A stretch of 64,000 nucleotides of DNA. Origin: Camelus ferus. Taxonomy: Eukaryota. The DNA is taken from the NCBI RefSeq assembly GCF_009834535.1, contig NC_045696.1, forward strand, positions 42,472,001-42,536,000. Direction: 5' to 3'. Numbering within the stretch: the first letter of the stretch is position 1; each line of letters opens with the position of its first letter. Of this stretch, positions 12,421 through 26,144 are shown one piece after another. Position numbers and translations under genes: made by a program. The notes under the pieces were generated by a model. It was not told the origin of the DNA, did not search any database, and saw nothing but the letters and a program-made list of their open reading frames with translations.

Positions 12421-15400
12421 CACTGAGAGAGAACTTTGTGAGACTATGGTGGAAATCAACCTTTATCCATTACCCATTTCACAAAATGCTAGTAAATGTC
12501 AGCTTCATATTTCTAGGTTGGCTGAATAATAAAAAGACAAAATCTCACCTTCATATCCATATTGAAAAGATACTTTTATCAAATGATAGAAAGGATGCAA
12601 TCTCCTGTAAGCAGGGTCCTAAAATACTGACTCCTTAACTATGCTTTATTATCGCTCCACGTGACAAGGAGGGCTTTTTACTTTCATTTTCTAGCTGGAG
12701 CAATTCAGTCATTGAGGTTTCAGTTATATGATTTTTAACGGAAGTTGGGAATGAGCCATCTAGTTTGAGGAAACAGTTACAAATCAGGGTGCCTTCCTAG
12801 TCTATGTCCAGCCTCTTTTAGGAACTGAAGGGCACTGGTCACCTTTCCTCTGATTAGGAAACATTAATAAACTCCTTTTCTAAGCAGGATGACTGCTCAG
12901 ATTTCCACTTCTGGTGCTATCAGATACTGTTGAATATTTTATAACGGCTGAAATTATTCTCCATTACAAGCATATGCTGCACATACAACTAATCAAGTAT
13001 TCAGCCAGGGCACACCACCTGTAAAAGAGGAGACAGCCCCTTAATACGGGGCTCAGAGTTTTCAAATAACTTGTAAAATTTTCCCTTGGAAGTTTGTGGA
13101 ATGTGTGACATTGCTGTTCACTACATTTTACAAGAAAAATAGTAACAAATAATGTCAGCTACTTTATCTCAACTATTTTATCTTTTCCTTGCTGAAAGCC
13201 TCTAATGGAATTACCATCTTTTTAGCTAACCAACTTGTAGGGTATGTGGGTAGTGGAATTCAATATTTATGAAATGCTCATTTTCTCGTAGGATTTTTTT
13301 TTTTTGCTATAAATTACAGAATTTATTAATTGCTACTTGAACTTGCTGAATTTCCATTTAACTTTTCAAATGGTAGGGAACATGGCAGATATGCATTCAA
13401 AGTAAAACCTGAAACATCCCCTGAAAACATCTAGCTCAGAAGCTTCATTATAGAGTAAAACAACCTCTGGGGAATGAGAAAAAGCTGCCGTTTCTGTCAA
13501 CATAATTAGGAAGTCCTCAAAAGGGGTTTCTTAGAAGCATTTTTATGTTTTTAATAAGAGTTAACAAAAAATACAAGGAATTTTATATTGATGGCATTTG
13601 AAAAGTCGGCAGATGCATGTCTCTCGTATTTACTCCTGAGTAGAACGGCATTACCACTATGCTTGTTTATGGAGCTGACACTGCCCTGAAAAACGTGAAC
13701 TTGGATTTGTTTGGTGTAGAAAGCACCAAACTCTCTCTCAGCATTAAACAGGAGATGGAAGGCAATGTGAATAGCTGCTGGCTATTATTTTTTAGTAGTT
13801 ATAGTAGCTTTAAATTCGCTTACCATTTAGGGAAAGAGTTGGTTTCAGGGGATTTACTACAAATTTTAAAAGGCTGAACTCTTGGATTGTAATCTCGGTT
13901 CACGGTAGCCACAGGCAGCTTGCCTCTATCACAAAGCAATTGGGAACGTAAATGTTGTTAAAGTACCCTGAGCCAATTGAATAAAATGAAATTTTATAAA
14001 GGTATCAGCTAGTGGTATTACTGATGAAATAATGTGCTTTTTTCAGGATAACCATTATTATTAAACAGTCAATAGAATAATATAAATCTACACAATGGGC
14101 TTCAATCTTCCCCACAGTCATCCCTAAGCACAATAGTGCATGAAGGAAGCTTTGCTATGGTCAAAGTATCTCAAAAGCTTCCCCTGTATCACCCAAATCC
14201 CAGCTTCCCACCTTTCTTCCCAATGAGAAATCATAATAGCTATTGGGGTGAAATGCTTATTAGATGACGTCCAAACCCACTCCAAGATTCTAAAGGCTGG
14301 TGGAGGCCCGTAAACAAAAGAGGAGATTGTGAAGCAGGTTCGGTGTCTAGCTCATTCTTCACAATTGGGTCCTGTTGGGGTTTCTGCATTGATGGCCTCT
14401 TAGTCATTATTATCCCAATCAAACCAGCTTTTATGATGATATTCCATATCCTATTTTCATCGCTACATGAAATGTAGTATTGAAAGGACCGGGCATCTTT
14501 CATGAAGCACAACAGGACATTGATAACTGTGCAGGTTAACTCCTGATCCAATCTCAGGCCTTGTTTCTTACTTTATGTTTTTTTCCCTAGACCAGCAGGC
14601 TTTCCCTCATCAGGCTGACGATGTGTCGCTTCACACATACCACTCAAGACTTCTGTACAGTATAAAATAGAAGATCAAAAGCAGGTTGGAAAAAAGGAGT
14701 AAGGGAATGAAATGAATATTGAAGGAGATGTAGCTGGAAGGAAACAAAAGTCTATAAAAGATGAGCTCAAGTTTCATGTTGGTGATGATTAGTCTTGCAA
14801 AACTTTCTGAGGCCTGTGGAAACATTCGCTTGTCTAAAATACAGTTTTTTTTTTTTTCAAAGACTTCTCATTATGAGCAACTCTTCTCTCATTTGAAGAA
14901 CTGAATCTTTTCTGAAAAAGTTTGGTAAGGCCAGGCATTTGAACTCTCAGTCACATGCAGCAGAACCAGGCACATGGAGGACAGCTGACTGCACAGAACC
15001 AGGGACTTGGGTAAGTGCCCAGCACCGAGGCCGCCTAACCTGACTGCACATGCTCCTTTTTAAATAAGCATGGAAAATTCACTTTAATTTAATGTTTTTA
15101 ATGACACAAGGCAACCTCTTCTGGTGGTGTGGTTCAAGCGATGGGCGAGTGTTGGGCTGGGAATTATCTTAAACACAGCTAAAGGCAGTGAAAATCATCT
15201 TCCCATATCTGGGAACAGGAAGATAGAAACCAATTTTTTATTTTGTGAACTATAATCCCATCCCAAATATTTTGATTAGATTTGGGGGAAGGACTGACAT
15301 TTTGGGCAGCTTCTTCAATTCTGAGGTTAGAGCTTGAGGTCAGAAGTTGCACAGGTTTTACCACATCATTTTGTTCCAGACGCCAGGCCCATACACGGCC

Positions 15401-16793
15401 CACCACCAGTGGGCTTCAGCTCACAGACGTTCCAGTAATGGAAGCAAGTAGACAATTTATATTTGAGATTTCTTATCAGGGTTCTATCATACCGAAAAAA
15501 GCTGACTGAACATGGCATCATCTCTAATTATAAAAATGATATGATAATTGAAGATAATTATGATTTGGTTTTCTTTTAAATGAAAATTATTTTCAAGATT
15601 AGCCTAGTATTAGAATTGGCATGGAATCTCACGTAACCTGGGAGAAATCATCCATAACTTAGAGGAAACATTATGATTTCCATTTCTTGGGTCATCTCTA
15701 AGGCTCCTTTCCAAGATTGCCTTTGGTAAAACCAGTTGTTCTGGGTGTTAAGAGAGAGAATTCACTTCTTAGGTTCATATATTTGAGATAATAATAATTT
15801 GTTCTCAGGATTGTGACATTATTTGTTTTGCTACTCTAAATTGGCTTATTATAATTTATTTTAGGGGCCAAAGAAAAATAATTCTTAACTGCGAGTTTAA
15901 ATAAATTGGGTAGCAACAAAGAAGGAACTGAATTTAGTTAAAAATCTAATTTATTTCTTTTAATACATAATAGAAATTACCTCTTTATTATTTCATTCTT
16001 CAGTCCCTGGTTTTATCTTATGAGGTACATGTCAGAACTATTATTTGAACCATTGCTCCTAATTATACATTTTTTAATGTCCCTAAATGCAGTTTGACTT
16101 TTCTTCACTGATTATGATAATACTTAGTAAAATATCAAAATCTAGAAATATGCTGTATTCATTTCAGAGATTATCAGTAATGTCTTCAAAATAAAATATA
16201 GTCATTTTTATTAATAGTCTTATAATGTAGTAGCAAGATCATGCTAGATATTAATGCAAATTCTAAATTCCTTGTAAGACATTTAAAGCTTTTCCCTGCT
16301 TTAAAGAAGGCCTATAGTAATGATGCAGAGGCAATAAAATTTTTAATTTTTCTGCTAGAAAATCTTATTTTAAAGGTAACTTTTGAACATAAGCAGACGC
16401 TCAGACTGTATATTTAATTAGGGCATCAAACAGTGAATTACTGAAGATTTATGTTTTTATAGCTTTTTCAAAAGCTTCAAAAGCATTAAGTTAATTAGTA
16501 GAGAATGATAATCTTTTGTATCATTCAGACACCTATTAGCAATGTTTGCTTGCAAGGAATTCAATTTTCTGGTTAATTTACCAAATGTGTGCTTCCCCCC
16601 CACACCCCCAGTATTTAAATAGGAATGTAAACTAGGTCAAGACTTTAAATTAAGCTTGATCTGGTTTGCTGTGTTTTGTCTTCATTACAAAAGGGTGTAG
16701 CTGGACACCAGGCATACCAGCTTTATTAAGACAAGATAAAGTAATCATTGGGCTGAGGTTTACAGATTCAGAGTCATTGGTGATTGTTATTAG

Positions 16794-16942
16794 ATGTCTA
16801 AGTTGACTTCAGGTGGGGAATTATAGGAATTCCAAACTCTGAAGACTTCAGTGATGAGGTGAAGAAAGGTACATCTCCAGAAAGTAAATAATCAATTGGA
16901 CTAGTTTCACAGTACATTTCCAAGTATTGAAAGAACATCATG
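16794..16942 (+). other. ZPLD1: Candidate distal non-coding (5'UTR) exon of ZPLD1
   Basis: Consensus donor ATG|gtaagt at 16943. Possible acceptor ttattag ends at 16793 (alternative cttcag at 16812). Lies in a repeat-free block about 19.8 kb upstream of the ATG exon. Confidence 0.4.
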
Positions 16943-17111
16943 GTAAGTATTTTATTGCTAATAACCAGTAGCCTTTACCAAGGCTTACTGAAAAATATAT
17001 TATTGAGAAAATGATTTTGGCTGAAAGAAATCTCCTTAGACATATATTGTATCTTGTCCCCCAGATTTACGTGTTCTGTGTGTGTGATAGTCATATACTA
17101 ATTGTTTAAAG

Positions 17112-17448
17112 CAGGGTCTGCAAACATCTCTGTGAAGGGCTGGTAGTATTTCAGTCTTTGTGGGTCTCTTTCGTGACTACTCAAATCTGTCATCGTAGCT
17201 CAAAAGCAGCCACAGATAATAGGGACACCAATGGGTGAAGCTGTTTTCCAATAACACCTCATTTATAGATACTGAAATTTGAATTTCATATAATTTTGGC
17301 TTTTCATGAATTACTTTTTATTTATTTATTTATTTATTTTTACTTTTTTCCACCATTTGAAAATGTGAAAACTGCTTTTGCTCATGATCCATTCAAAAAC
17401 AGGTGATGGGTAGAATTCAGCTTGCAGGCCATAATTTACTCACCACTG
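17112..17448. mobile_element. hAT-Charlie MITE (MER58B-like) with intact 8-bp TSD
   Basis: cagggtctgcaaac ... aaaagcagccacaga ... gaaatttgaatttcatataattt ... caccactg, flanked by GTTTAAAG at 17104-17111 and 17449-17456. Confidence 0.9.
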
Positions 17449-18503
17449 GTTTAAAGTATTAATTTTCTAGAACTCACAATAGCTTATGTATACTAGCTCC
17501 TCAGGAAATGTAAAAAATTAAAATTATATACATGGATCTTCATGGATTTTTAAAAGTGACAAAAGATTTAGAATAGATAGAGCCAAACTGTGAAGAAGAA
17601 GAAAATAAAAAAGCAGCTGCTAAGCCTCAAGAACAGCAAAGTTAAAGTTAGATTAATGTGACAATTTGCTATTTCTGTTGCTGTTTATGTGAAAAATCCA
17701 GGCGCTAAATACAAAAGATATTTTTAGTTTGGTTAAAAGGTAGTTGAGGCCAAATGAAAATGTCAGCGGCTTTATTTGTTAAGGTGGGTTCTCTATAAAA
17801 TGAGGTTAACTTGAAACTTTTAATAGCATTATAGTCATTTAACATGAAATGGCATCATTGCAAAGAATAAGAAAAAAATGGAGACCACCTTGCCATTGTG
17901 TCAGAATTCAAAATACGGTATCTGCTTGAATATGCTTATCTAATAAATAGCCAGCGTTCATAAAACTACACTATCTCTTAGTTGAGCACACCATTGTTAA
18001 ACTACTGAATGAAGATCTCTACATTACATGAATTGTGCCTTCAAATTAAACCATTTTCCTCTAGTCAAGATTATATTATGGAATTGGAAAGAATTCATGG
18101 CTAACTCTTCTTTCTATTTCAAATGTAATTTATCATAATTTGGATATAAAAAGTTAAAATAATTGTTTTAAAAATACTGATCTTTTAGAGATTTTAAGTC
18201 ATTATCCGTTTAGAAATATATTTAAAAAACATGAATATACATGTTTAAAAAACTTATGTGTATTTGTGTATTATGCGTATTTATGCTCATGTGTTTGAAT
18301 TCTGGCACAGCAATTTCCTATAAAAACTTATTTTGAATAAGTATTTAAAATCAAAGTTATGTATTTCTGCTTCTAAAACCCCTACTTTGTCATTATGTCA
18401 TAGGAACGTGTTACATCAATGTTAATCGAGTGAAAGGAAATGGCGAGAGACTGTACTTAAATTTGATACTTTTTAGTTGTAAACATTTTAAAAATTAAAA
18501 ATA

Positions 18504-18631
18504 CTATTTACAAGGCATAAAAAGTGCCAGCTGAACATTTTTTTAAAAAGTGGGTCAATTAATTAAAGCTATTTAGAGAACATAAAAGTACTAGCTGAGC
18601 ATTTTTTAAAAAACTGAATCAATTAATTACA
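18504..18631 (+). repeat. Diverged 65-bp tandem duplication (2 copies)
   Basis: ctattta..cataaaa.gt..cagctga.catttttt.aaaaa..g..tcaattaatta occurs at 18504 and 18569. Confidence 0.8.
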
Positions 18632-18944
18632 TTCAAGCAATTTTTACTCCAAGAGTTTTACATACCTAGATATAATTTCAAATCAAGTTCTAGACCCCAA
18701 TCTCCTTTTCTTTTGTATTAAAACCATATAAAAATTAATATAAGTGATTTCTAGTGATGGAATTCCTAGTGGGTGGCTTTGAGGATTTTAATTTAAGCGA
18801 TGTTTTGATGACATTGAAAAATTTAATGTCATTAGTGATACAATCCTTAAAAAGCAAAGCATTATCATGATCAGGATAGATGTCTATACGTGTGATATTC
18901 TACATTTTGCTAGATGCTACTATCCCTTTTGTGACAAAATAGTC

Positions 18945-19790
18945 ATTCATTTAACAAGCATATCTTGAGAATCTACAGAGGACTTGGCATTCTGCTAAAT
19001 GCTAAATACAAAGGTGAATTAACATTCTTGCCTTTGAGAAGCTCCTGGGTTTATTAGGGGAGAAAAAAGATGCACATCTCAGTCAACTAGGGCGATTTTG
19101 ACCACAGGAGCTATTTGGAAGTGTCTAGAGATACTAAGTGGTCATGACTTGAGAGGGAGTCCTTCTGGCACATAGTGGGTAGAAGCCAAGGATGCTATTA
19201 AACATCCTACAATGCTGTTAAAACATCCTACAACAAAGAAATTATCCAGTCTAAAACATCAGTAGTGCTGGCTTTGATTAACCTTCATCTAAGTGTATTT
19301 TTTAGAACTGTTATTATAGAATGATGCATAGACTGTAGTGGAAACACAGAAGAAAAACAGTCAATTTGACAACTCAACAAGCAAGAAGGGTTATCTTGAT
19401 TAGAGGAATATTGTGAAAGAAGAGCTATGTGTGAGTTGATTCTTGAAAGACTGAATGAAGAGATGTTCCTGTAGAGAGAGGGTAGAGTTGGGAAAAGGCG
19501 CTTTCCAGACAAAGGCAGCATAGTGAGCAAAGCTTGGATGTGTGAAATAACTTCTTATCCGTAAGTGGGGATGACATGAAGTCTAGAGTAGGTAGGCTGG
19601 ATGTGGGAGTAAAAACACCTGAGGTTGGGTAGGTAAGTAGGAGTCTCATCTTGGGAGCTTTTTCTTGCTGTGTCATAGATTTGGGTTTTCTTCTGAAAGG
19701 GGTTGGAAATGATGAAGGGTTATGAGCAGGGACGTATGATGAGGTAGCCTATTTGTAGGATTTATTCAGCCATGTTGTGAAGTGTCACAA
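18945..19790 (-). mobile_element. LINE-2 fragments, interrupted by a MER20
   Basis: cattcatttaacaagcatatcttgag 3'-end motif, then gcgctttccagacaaaggcagcatagtgagcaaagc...gaagggttatgagcaggg. Confidence 0.6.
19078..19285. mobile_element. hAT-Charlie MITE (MER20-like)
   Basis: tagtgggtagaagccaaggatgctattaaacatcctacaatg...acaacaaagaattatccag is diagnostic of MER20. Confidence 0.8.
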
Positions 19791-20130
19791 TGACTTAAAG
19801 CAAAACAAAATCCTACACCATGTGATTAAAGAAGAGACACAGGTGGAAAAAGTCTCCTATAGGAAAGAAGGATCTCTGCTTCTTTTCCTATAAATGATTT
19901 ACTTCTGATTCAACACCTCTCACTTTATTTGTCAGAACTCTGTCAAAGCAATAAAAGCCTAACTTTAATTCATTTTCTATAGTTTAATAAACGCATTACA
20001 TTGCTGTTTGGCTGACTCCTGTGGACTTAAGCTGCCATGTTGTGGCATCAGGTAGCATTGCCCTTCCTTTCAGCTTCTGTTTTCAGATTCTTATTGTGGA
20101 GCCTTGTGGAGAAAAAAGAATCTGCTTATC

Positions 20131-20131
<1 letters not shown>

Positions 20132-20163
<32 letters not shown>

Positions 20164-20180
20164 GAAAAGAAAAAAGAAAG
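20132..20180. repeat. Poly-A / (GAAAA)n tract
   Basis: Directly visible. Confidence 0.9.
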
Positions 20181-20229
20181 ACAACTAGAAATGCAGTCAC
20201 AACTATAGCAAAACCTTATTCTCCTGTGT

Positions 20230-20330
20230 CAGTGGTTCTCAACCTGGGTACTCATTAGAATCACTGGAGGGAGAGATCTGGCTATCTGTGTTTCTTAATA
20301 CTCTTCACGTTAACTCCAACAACACTGCTA
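20230..20330. mobile_element. MER5-like fragment
   Basis: cagtggttctcaacctggg...cattagaatcactgg. Confidence 0.55.
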
Positions 20331-23300
20331 TGGATACAAAATATTAACTTCACTTTTTTTTTAAATTTGGGTTTACAATGAATTACTTTTTATATTTGTT
20401 TCACCAAGGAACACTCTTTATTTCCATTAAAAGTTAGAATGAATTTTCATTTTTCAAAGCTTACATACACCATCCTTCAGAGGGTGAGTTTCTGACAGTC
20501 TTACAGAGCAAGAGGGAACTAGTCTATGATTTCTTACATAAAATTCACAAGTTGGATGAGTCTCACTTGTGTAGCAGAGAGATAACTAGAGATTTGAGCA
20601 TGAAGTTATGAACAATGATATTTAGACTTTTAAAAGGTCATATTTTGTGCTGTCCAGCTCTGTGATCAGTTGGTTCATGTGGCTGGTAAGCATGGTGCAA
20701 TGGTGGCATAGCTAGGAGTTTGGTCTTCCTATGGCCCATTCTCTGCTCTTTAGCTATAGGTTATACTCCCCAGACTGGACATCTCCCTCGAAAATGGGAT
20801 TTTCTTGCTAAAGTGCTACAGGAGATGGTACTCCTGTGATTGTACTGACGTGAAGTCATCCCTGTAGAGAGTCACTACAAATGCCAGCTCGAATCCTTTG
20901 TTTACTGAACAAATAGTAGTTTATTATCCATTCTAGGCAAGAGGATGCCTTTCTCTCTCTCTCTCTCTCTTTTTAATCTATCAGGAAACAGAAAGGAAAA
21001 GAAGGTTCAGTCTTCATTCTATATAGATTATTTATAACATTATACCAGTAAGCAAAAGAGAAAACACTATTGTTGTAAATTGTCTTCTCTCCAGCCTCTT
21101 AAATATTTTTCTTTGCTTTTCTCTTCTTTGCTGTCAGTGTTCCCTTTGTGAAAAAAATTCCTTTAGGTACTAATTACCCTCTAGCCATCTTACGATTTTC
21201 TCCTTAAATTCACAAGCTTCCTTAAACAATATCTAATGCCTCTACTGTTGCTTTGATTTGTGTTTAGTGAGAAAGTTAATTTATTTAGATTTGCAGATAT
21301 CACATATAGGAGAAAATGAGATTATCTTTTTTTCAAAGATCTAATCTCACTTTTCTTCAAATCCCATTTATGGAGCCATCCAATAGATGGACCATACTAA
21401 ATATCCATTGAAATTCACTTGGCAATTAACTGTGTGTTGCTGGGTGACACCCTTTGTGATTCTTTGAGTCAGAGACATGTATGTCATGATGAGCTTTGGT
21501 TTTCATACTGTTCTTGATAGACTACCAAAATAGTGTGAAATACACTTTTCTAAAGAGTTGGGATCTCCATGCCTGTAAGGATTTATGTTCAAATTTGCCA
21601 GAGGTCCTGCTGCACTAGTTATAAGGCAATATTATCTGCAGTCTCATCCACATTATTACTTCCCCCTGCTCACCTTCTTCTCCTCACTCACGTTTGACTG
21701 AGACCCACTGTTAAGGGCAGTTGACCTTGCCTACTGTGGCCCACAGCCATCTCTAGAGCTTGCCTGGTGCTTTTAGACCTCAGAGACCACTTGGTTTATG
21801 AGAGAGAGACTGAAAAATTGTGTCTAGAATTATGTCTTATATTCCTAACCCTGGATATTGCAGGGCTATGATCTTGTTAAAATTATGTTCATCTCATTTT
21901 AGACACAAAATCTCATAAGCTATCTTCTTAAGAAGTGATAACTCTCCTCCCCTTCAGAACTCTCATTCTCCAATGTCTTGACATCATTGATCTATAAGCG
22001 TTAGGCTGATTTCTGCCTCTTTGCCCGAATGCTACTAGATAAAGGATGAAATGTCCCTTTTCAAAGGTTCTGTAACCCTGTTATAGCTAGTCACATAGAT
22101 CATGTAGGTCCTTATTTTATAGATAACAAAAAAATCCAAAAGACGCAAAGGAAGTTATTTAAGTTACCACAGTTAGAATAAGTTACCTATGGGTCACTTG
22201 ATTTTGAGATTTTATAGTGATAAATTACAAATATACAAGATATTGAAATAATAGCATGATCTTTAATTTTTTAATATTTCCTATACACATAAACTTCTTG
22301 ATGAGTCATTTTAAAACAGAAATATTGTTGCTCCTTGAAAGTCAGGATTCATACTTAATTCTTTACTTTTAATTACTGATTTTCAGGGTAAGGATTTGAT
22401 ATAATGACTACTTCCAGTTATCTATGAATAATCTTTCAAATTAATAAAATAGAAACAATTACTATGGTGTTTATGAAGTGTTTAAATGTAAGGATTTAAA
22501 TTTTATGGTCTCCCTGATTTCAACATCATTTCTTGAGTAATACTTTTGCATATATATGCTACTTGATCCAACTGGCTAAACCTTTAGTGGATCTCATTTC
22601 ATTATGCTCCAAAGTGTCGTACTTTGTGGATGCAGTTTTTTTGTTAGCAAAGAGCTGAGTTAGAGATATTGGAAATCGTTATTTTGGGAGCTGCTTTTAG
22701 TTACTTCTTTTGTATTATCTATTACAGGTGTGCATACCTAGGAAAAAACATTTAGCCACTTAGCATCAATTCCCACATCTAAAAAACAAAGGCAGTTCTG
22801 TTTGCTTCAATGTATTCCTCAGACTGATGACACAAAGGTTAATATTACATCCCCCCAAACAGTTCAACATGACAAAAAAAATATGAACGTTAATGAGAAC
22901 AGGATTGAAAATGTATTTGAGGCAGAACAAAGTACTGTTATAAATTACCAACAGCCTATTTTATTTTGTGATTATTGCCTTCCTAAAGGCTTTTGAGACC
23001 TTTGAGAAACAAACAAAAATATAGATGCAAGGAGAAATAAATAAAAGTATAAAACCAATGGAAACTTATTTATATTTTTTCATATAAATTTAATTTTACT
23101 ATTTTTGTCTGTGGAAGATCAGAACTGCTCAAAAGTAGAAGGGCTAATGCCTTTTTAAACACCATTGAGATTAGGTTGTGAGACCTTACACTGGTTCTAT
23201 TTCTTATAAAATGACAGGAGATAGATCTGAGGGTGTTCTAGGTGCAACATTTGCTACCTGGTCGATTGTTACAGAGAGAGATCTCTAAATCCTCCTGATG

Positions 23301-23414
23301 CAAGCCTAGATTCTGCTAAGGGAGGTGATTTTAGAAAGCAAGCCCCAGGGAATTTACCATTGTTTTCTTCTGCAGTTGTTAAAACATCATGGTTTCATTG
23401 GCTCTTGATGACAG

Positions 23415-23545
23415 GAAATCATCTCAGTCATCTTCTAGTTAATGCTTTGTATCATACATGAGGTAACTGAGAGTAAGGCAAATTGTGTGACTTCCCCAAG
23501 ACCACAGACAGTTGGTGATGAAATGAGAACCGGAGCCCAAGCCTA
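23415..23545 (-). mobile_element. MIR
   Basis: atgaggtaactgag...gtgacttccccaagaccacag. Confidence 0.65.
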
Positions 23546-24581
23546 TGGTTGTATTTATTCAAAGGTATGTTAGTGTATGCTGCATAAATGTCACATTATA
23601 TGAATTAATGGGCAGCATGAAAACAAAAGTATCTCAGTAAGCCTCTAGAAGGAAGTTATTAGGAGGCTCAACCTATAATTTATGATGCTAAAACAATTTA
23701 TTTTTTCCTAAGGAATCTTTCGTTATCCCAAGGTTGTAGAGATACTCTAAATTAATGTCTAGACATTTTAATGTTAATAATGTAATTATTATAAAGCTGA
23801 AGTCTTTCCCTTTTGATTAGCAACTTTTTGAGGGCAGAAACAAGAATTCAGGAATGCATATTCTGTGCATCTAGTGAAGTTGCATCAAACTGGCATTTAT
23901 CATTACAAATTCAGCTATATAATCTCGGGGAAAAAAGAGAAGCACAACTGATTTAAGCAGCACGCTCAGTCTCCCTGTTATTTATGACTGCACGTAAATG
24001 TGAGACAGACAGTATCAAATTAATATCTTTCAGTTGGTCTTACTTCCCTTGTAACTCTCTGAGTGGAGGCATCTCAACATGTGGTCTAAGATCTTAGCAT
24101 TTAAAGATATGAATTCTATCTTGGCTTTTATTATGGCTTCTGAAGCAAAACAACCACTTATTTTGTGTTTAATGTGAGGGTTTTTTTGATGCTTTATAAT
24201 GAGTAATTGAAAAAATATTCTGAAATTTTTAACGGTCACATTCAATTAAAGAATCACATTCAATTAAAACTATAAGTGACCAAACCTAACTATTCTTGAA
24301 GATGTTAAGCTCAAATTCTATTTATCTGTAAGTCTAAGTAGACATTAACAGTCACTTTTAACAAGTCTTTGAGTAATATATGATCTTATATGCAAAAGTA
24401 GTTAATTGATAAACAGAATGGGAAATCAACTACACTAATTCTTATAAAAGGAAGTTTAATATGTTTGAAGGAGTTTAATTACCTGCTTAATACACCATCT
24501 CAAGTATTTAACAAGTGCTTAAAAATAGATTTTAAAATTTGTTCAATCTTACATTTTCTTAAATATCTCAACTATATATTT

Positions 24582-24584
<3 letters not shown>

Positions 24585-24618
<34 letters not shown>
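24585..24618. repeat. (TA)n microsatellite
   Basis: Directly visible. Confidence 0.95.
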
Positions 24619-24621
<3 letters not shown>

Positions 24622-25414
24622 CTGGTAGCATGTCAATTTTACATAAGAAATCTAAATTGTTTACTCTGTTAGATACATCTTAAATCAAAATAAAGGGACT
24701 ACCTGTTAGTTAATTAGATCAAATTCTCTAACACATTTGAATTACTAAAATACCAGCATGCTTAGATTCTGTAACACAAGTAAATGACTTTCTAGTTTCT
24801 GATTATCTTAAATAATTCTATGCCTACATATTCCTGGGGTTAAGAGGTGCTAACCCCACTTGGATAGCAATTATCTTCTAAGCTAACTGCAATTGCTTAT
24901 TAGCCAGAGGTTTTGACTGGGACAATTAGATTCTTATTTGTAACCATCACACAACATGACCTTATATAAAGACTTGATAAATTAAAGCAGTTGGTCTTAT
25001 TGTTATTGTAGCCCATATGACTCATCCAGCCCATAAAATCCACATTTCTAATGTTCTTTAGACTCATGTTATATGTTACTCAATTCTTCTCTCTGAAATC
25101 TCAGCCATGAAGCTCTTAATATTTGATTAAAATTTGCATTTATTGACTCTTAAGAAATTTGTATGAATTCTATACAGCTTTAAATGTTTCTGATTTTGAC
25201 AGAATTTTGCATTTTCTCACATTCTTTTGGTCTGGTGGGACCATAGGTTTCTTACGAAAAAAAAATGCTATCAAAACAGTCAGATTTTCTGTATTACAAG
25301 AGACTGAATGGATATAATAACCCAAATACAATACATAAACCTTTGCATTTAGTTTTATTATCTCTTTGATCTCTCCTTCTCTTTTCCTTTTTCTTTTCTT
25401 TTCTTTTTTTTTTT

Positions 25415-25630
25415 TTTGGATCCTGGATTAGGAGAAAAACAGGCATAAAATATACTTTTGGTAAATTGGGGAAAATTGAATATTAAATTAATACTGGATG
25501 CTGCATGAATTGTAATTTTCTTGAGTTTGGTAATGGTATTGTGGTTATGTGGAGAAGGTCCTTTCTTTCCTATGAAATGTGTGCTGAAATATTAAGGATC
25601 AAAATATCTGCAAATTAATACCAAATGAGT
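25415..25630 (+). mobile_element. Old L1 (L1MC/ME-like) 3' fragment
   Basis: tggatcctggattag...taatggtattgtggttatgtggagaa...tgctgaaatattaagg. Confidence 0.6.
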
Positions 25631-26144
25631 CAACAGTCACCATCAGCACAACAACAGATATATAAATGGATAGAGAAAGTAAAACAAAAATATGAGAAAA
25701 TAATCTCTTTGGAATCTTCACATCTCAAAGCTGTGTTAGATTTTGTGGTGGCCTCAGCATCTGAGAATGTAACCCTGATAATATAGATCTCGTCTCCAAA
25801 GATAGTAATCTATTTAATTGTGAGAAGAAAAAAAATTAGCTGTGAAGAGCTCACAGATGGAGTATATCTCTGTGCAGAGATATCTTGGATATCTTTGGAC
25901 ATCTTGGCCATCTTGGATGCATTCAAATGAAGTTTTGTTATTTCTCTATAAGTGAACTCAAACTATTCAAGACATCAATTTTTGCTCATGATGGGAAATA
26001 CCTAATCTTGCCATTTCAAGACAACTCTGGTTTAAATTTAGATTCTTTGAGGTTAACTGTTCAGTTATAGTCAGCATCTCTTCATCCCCTTCTCCTAAAC
26101 CTCCTCATGTTTCATGCGTGTAAAGGGAGGGTAGGGAGACAGTA

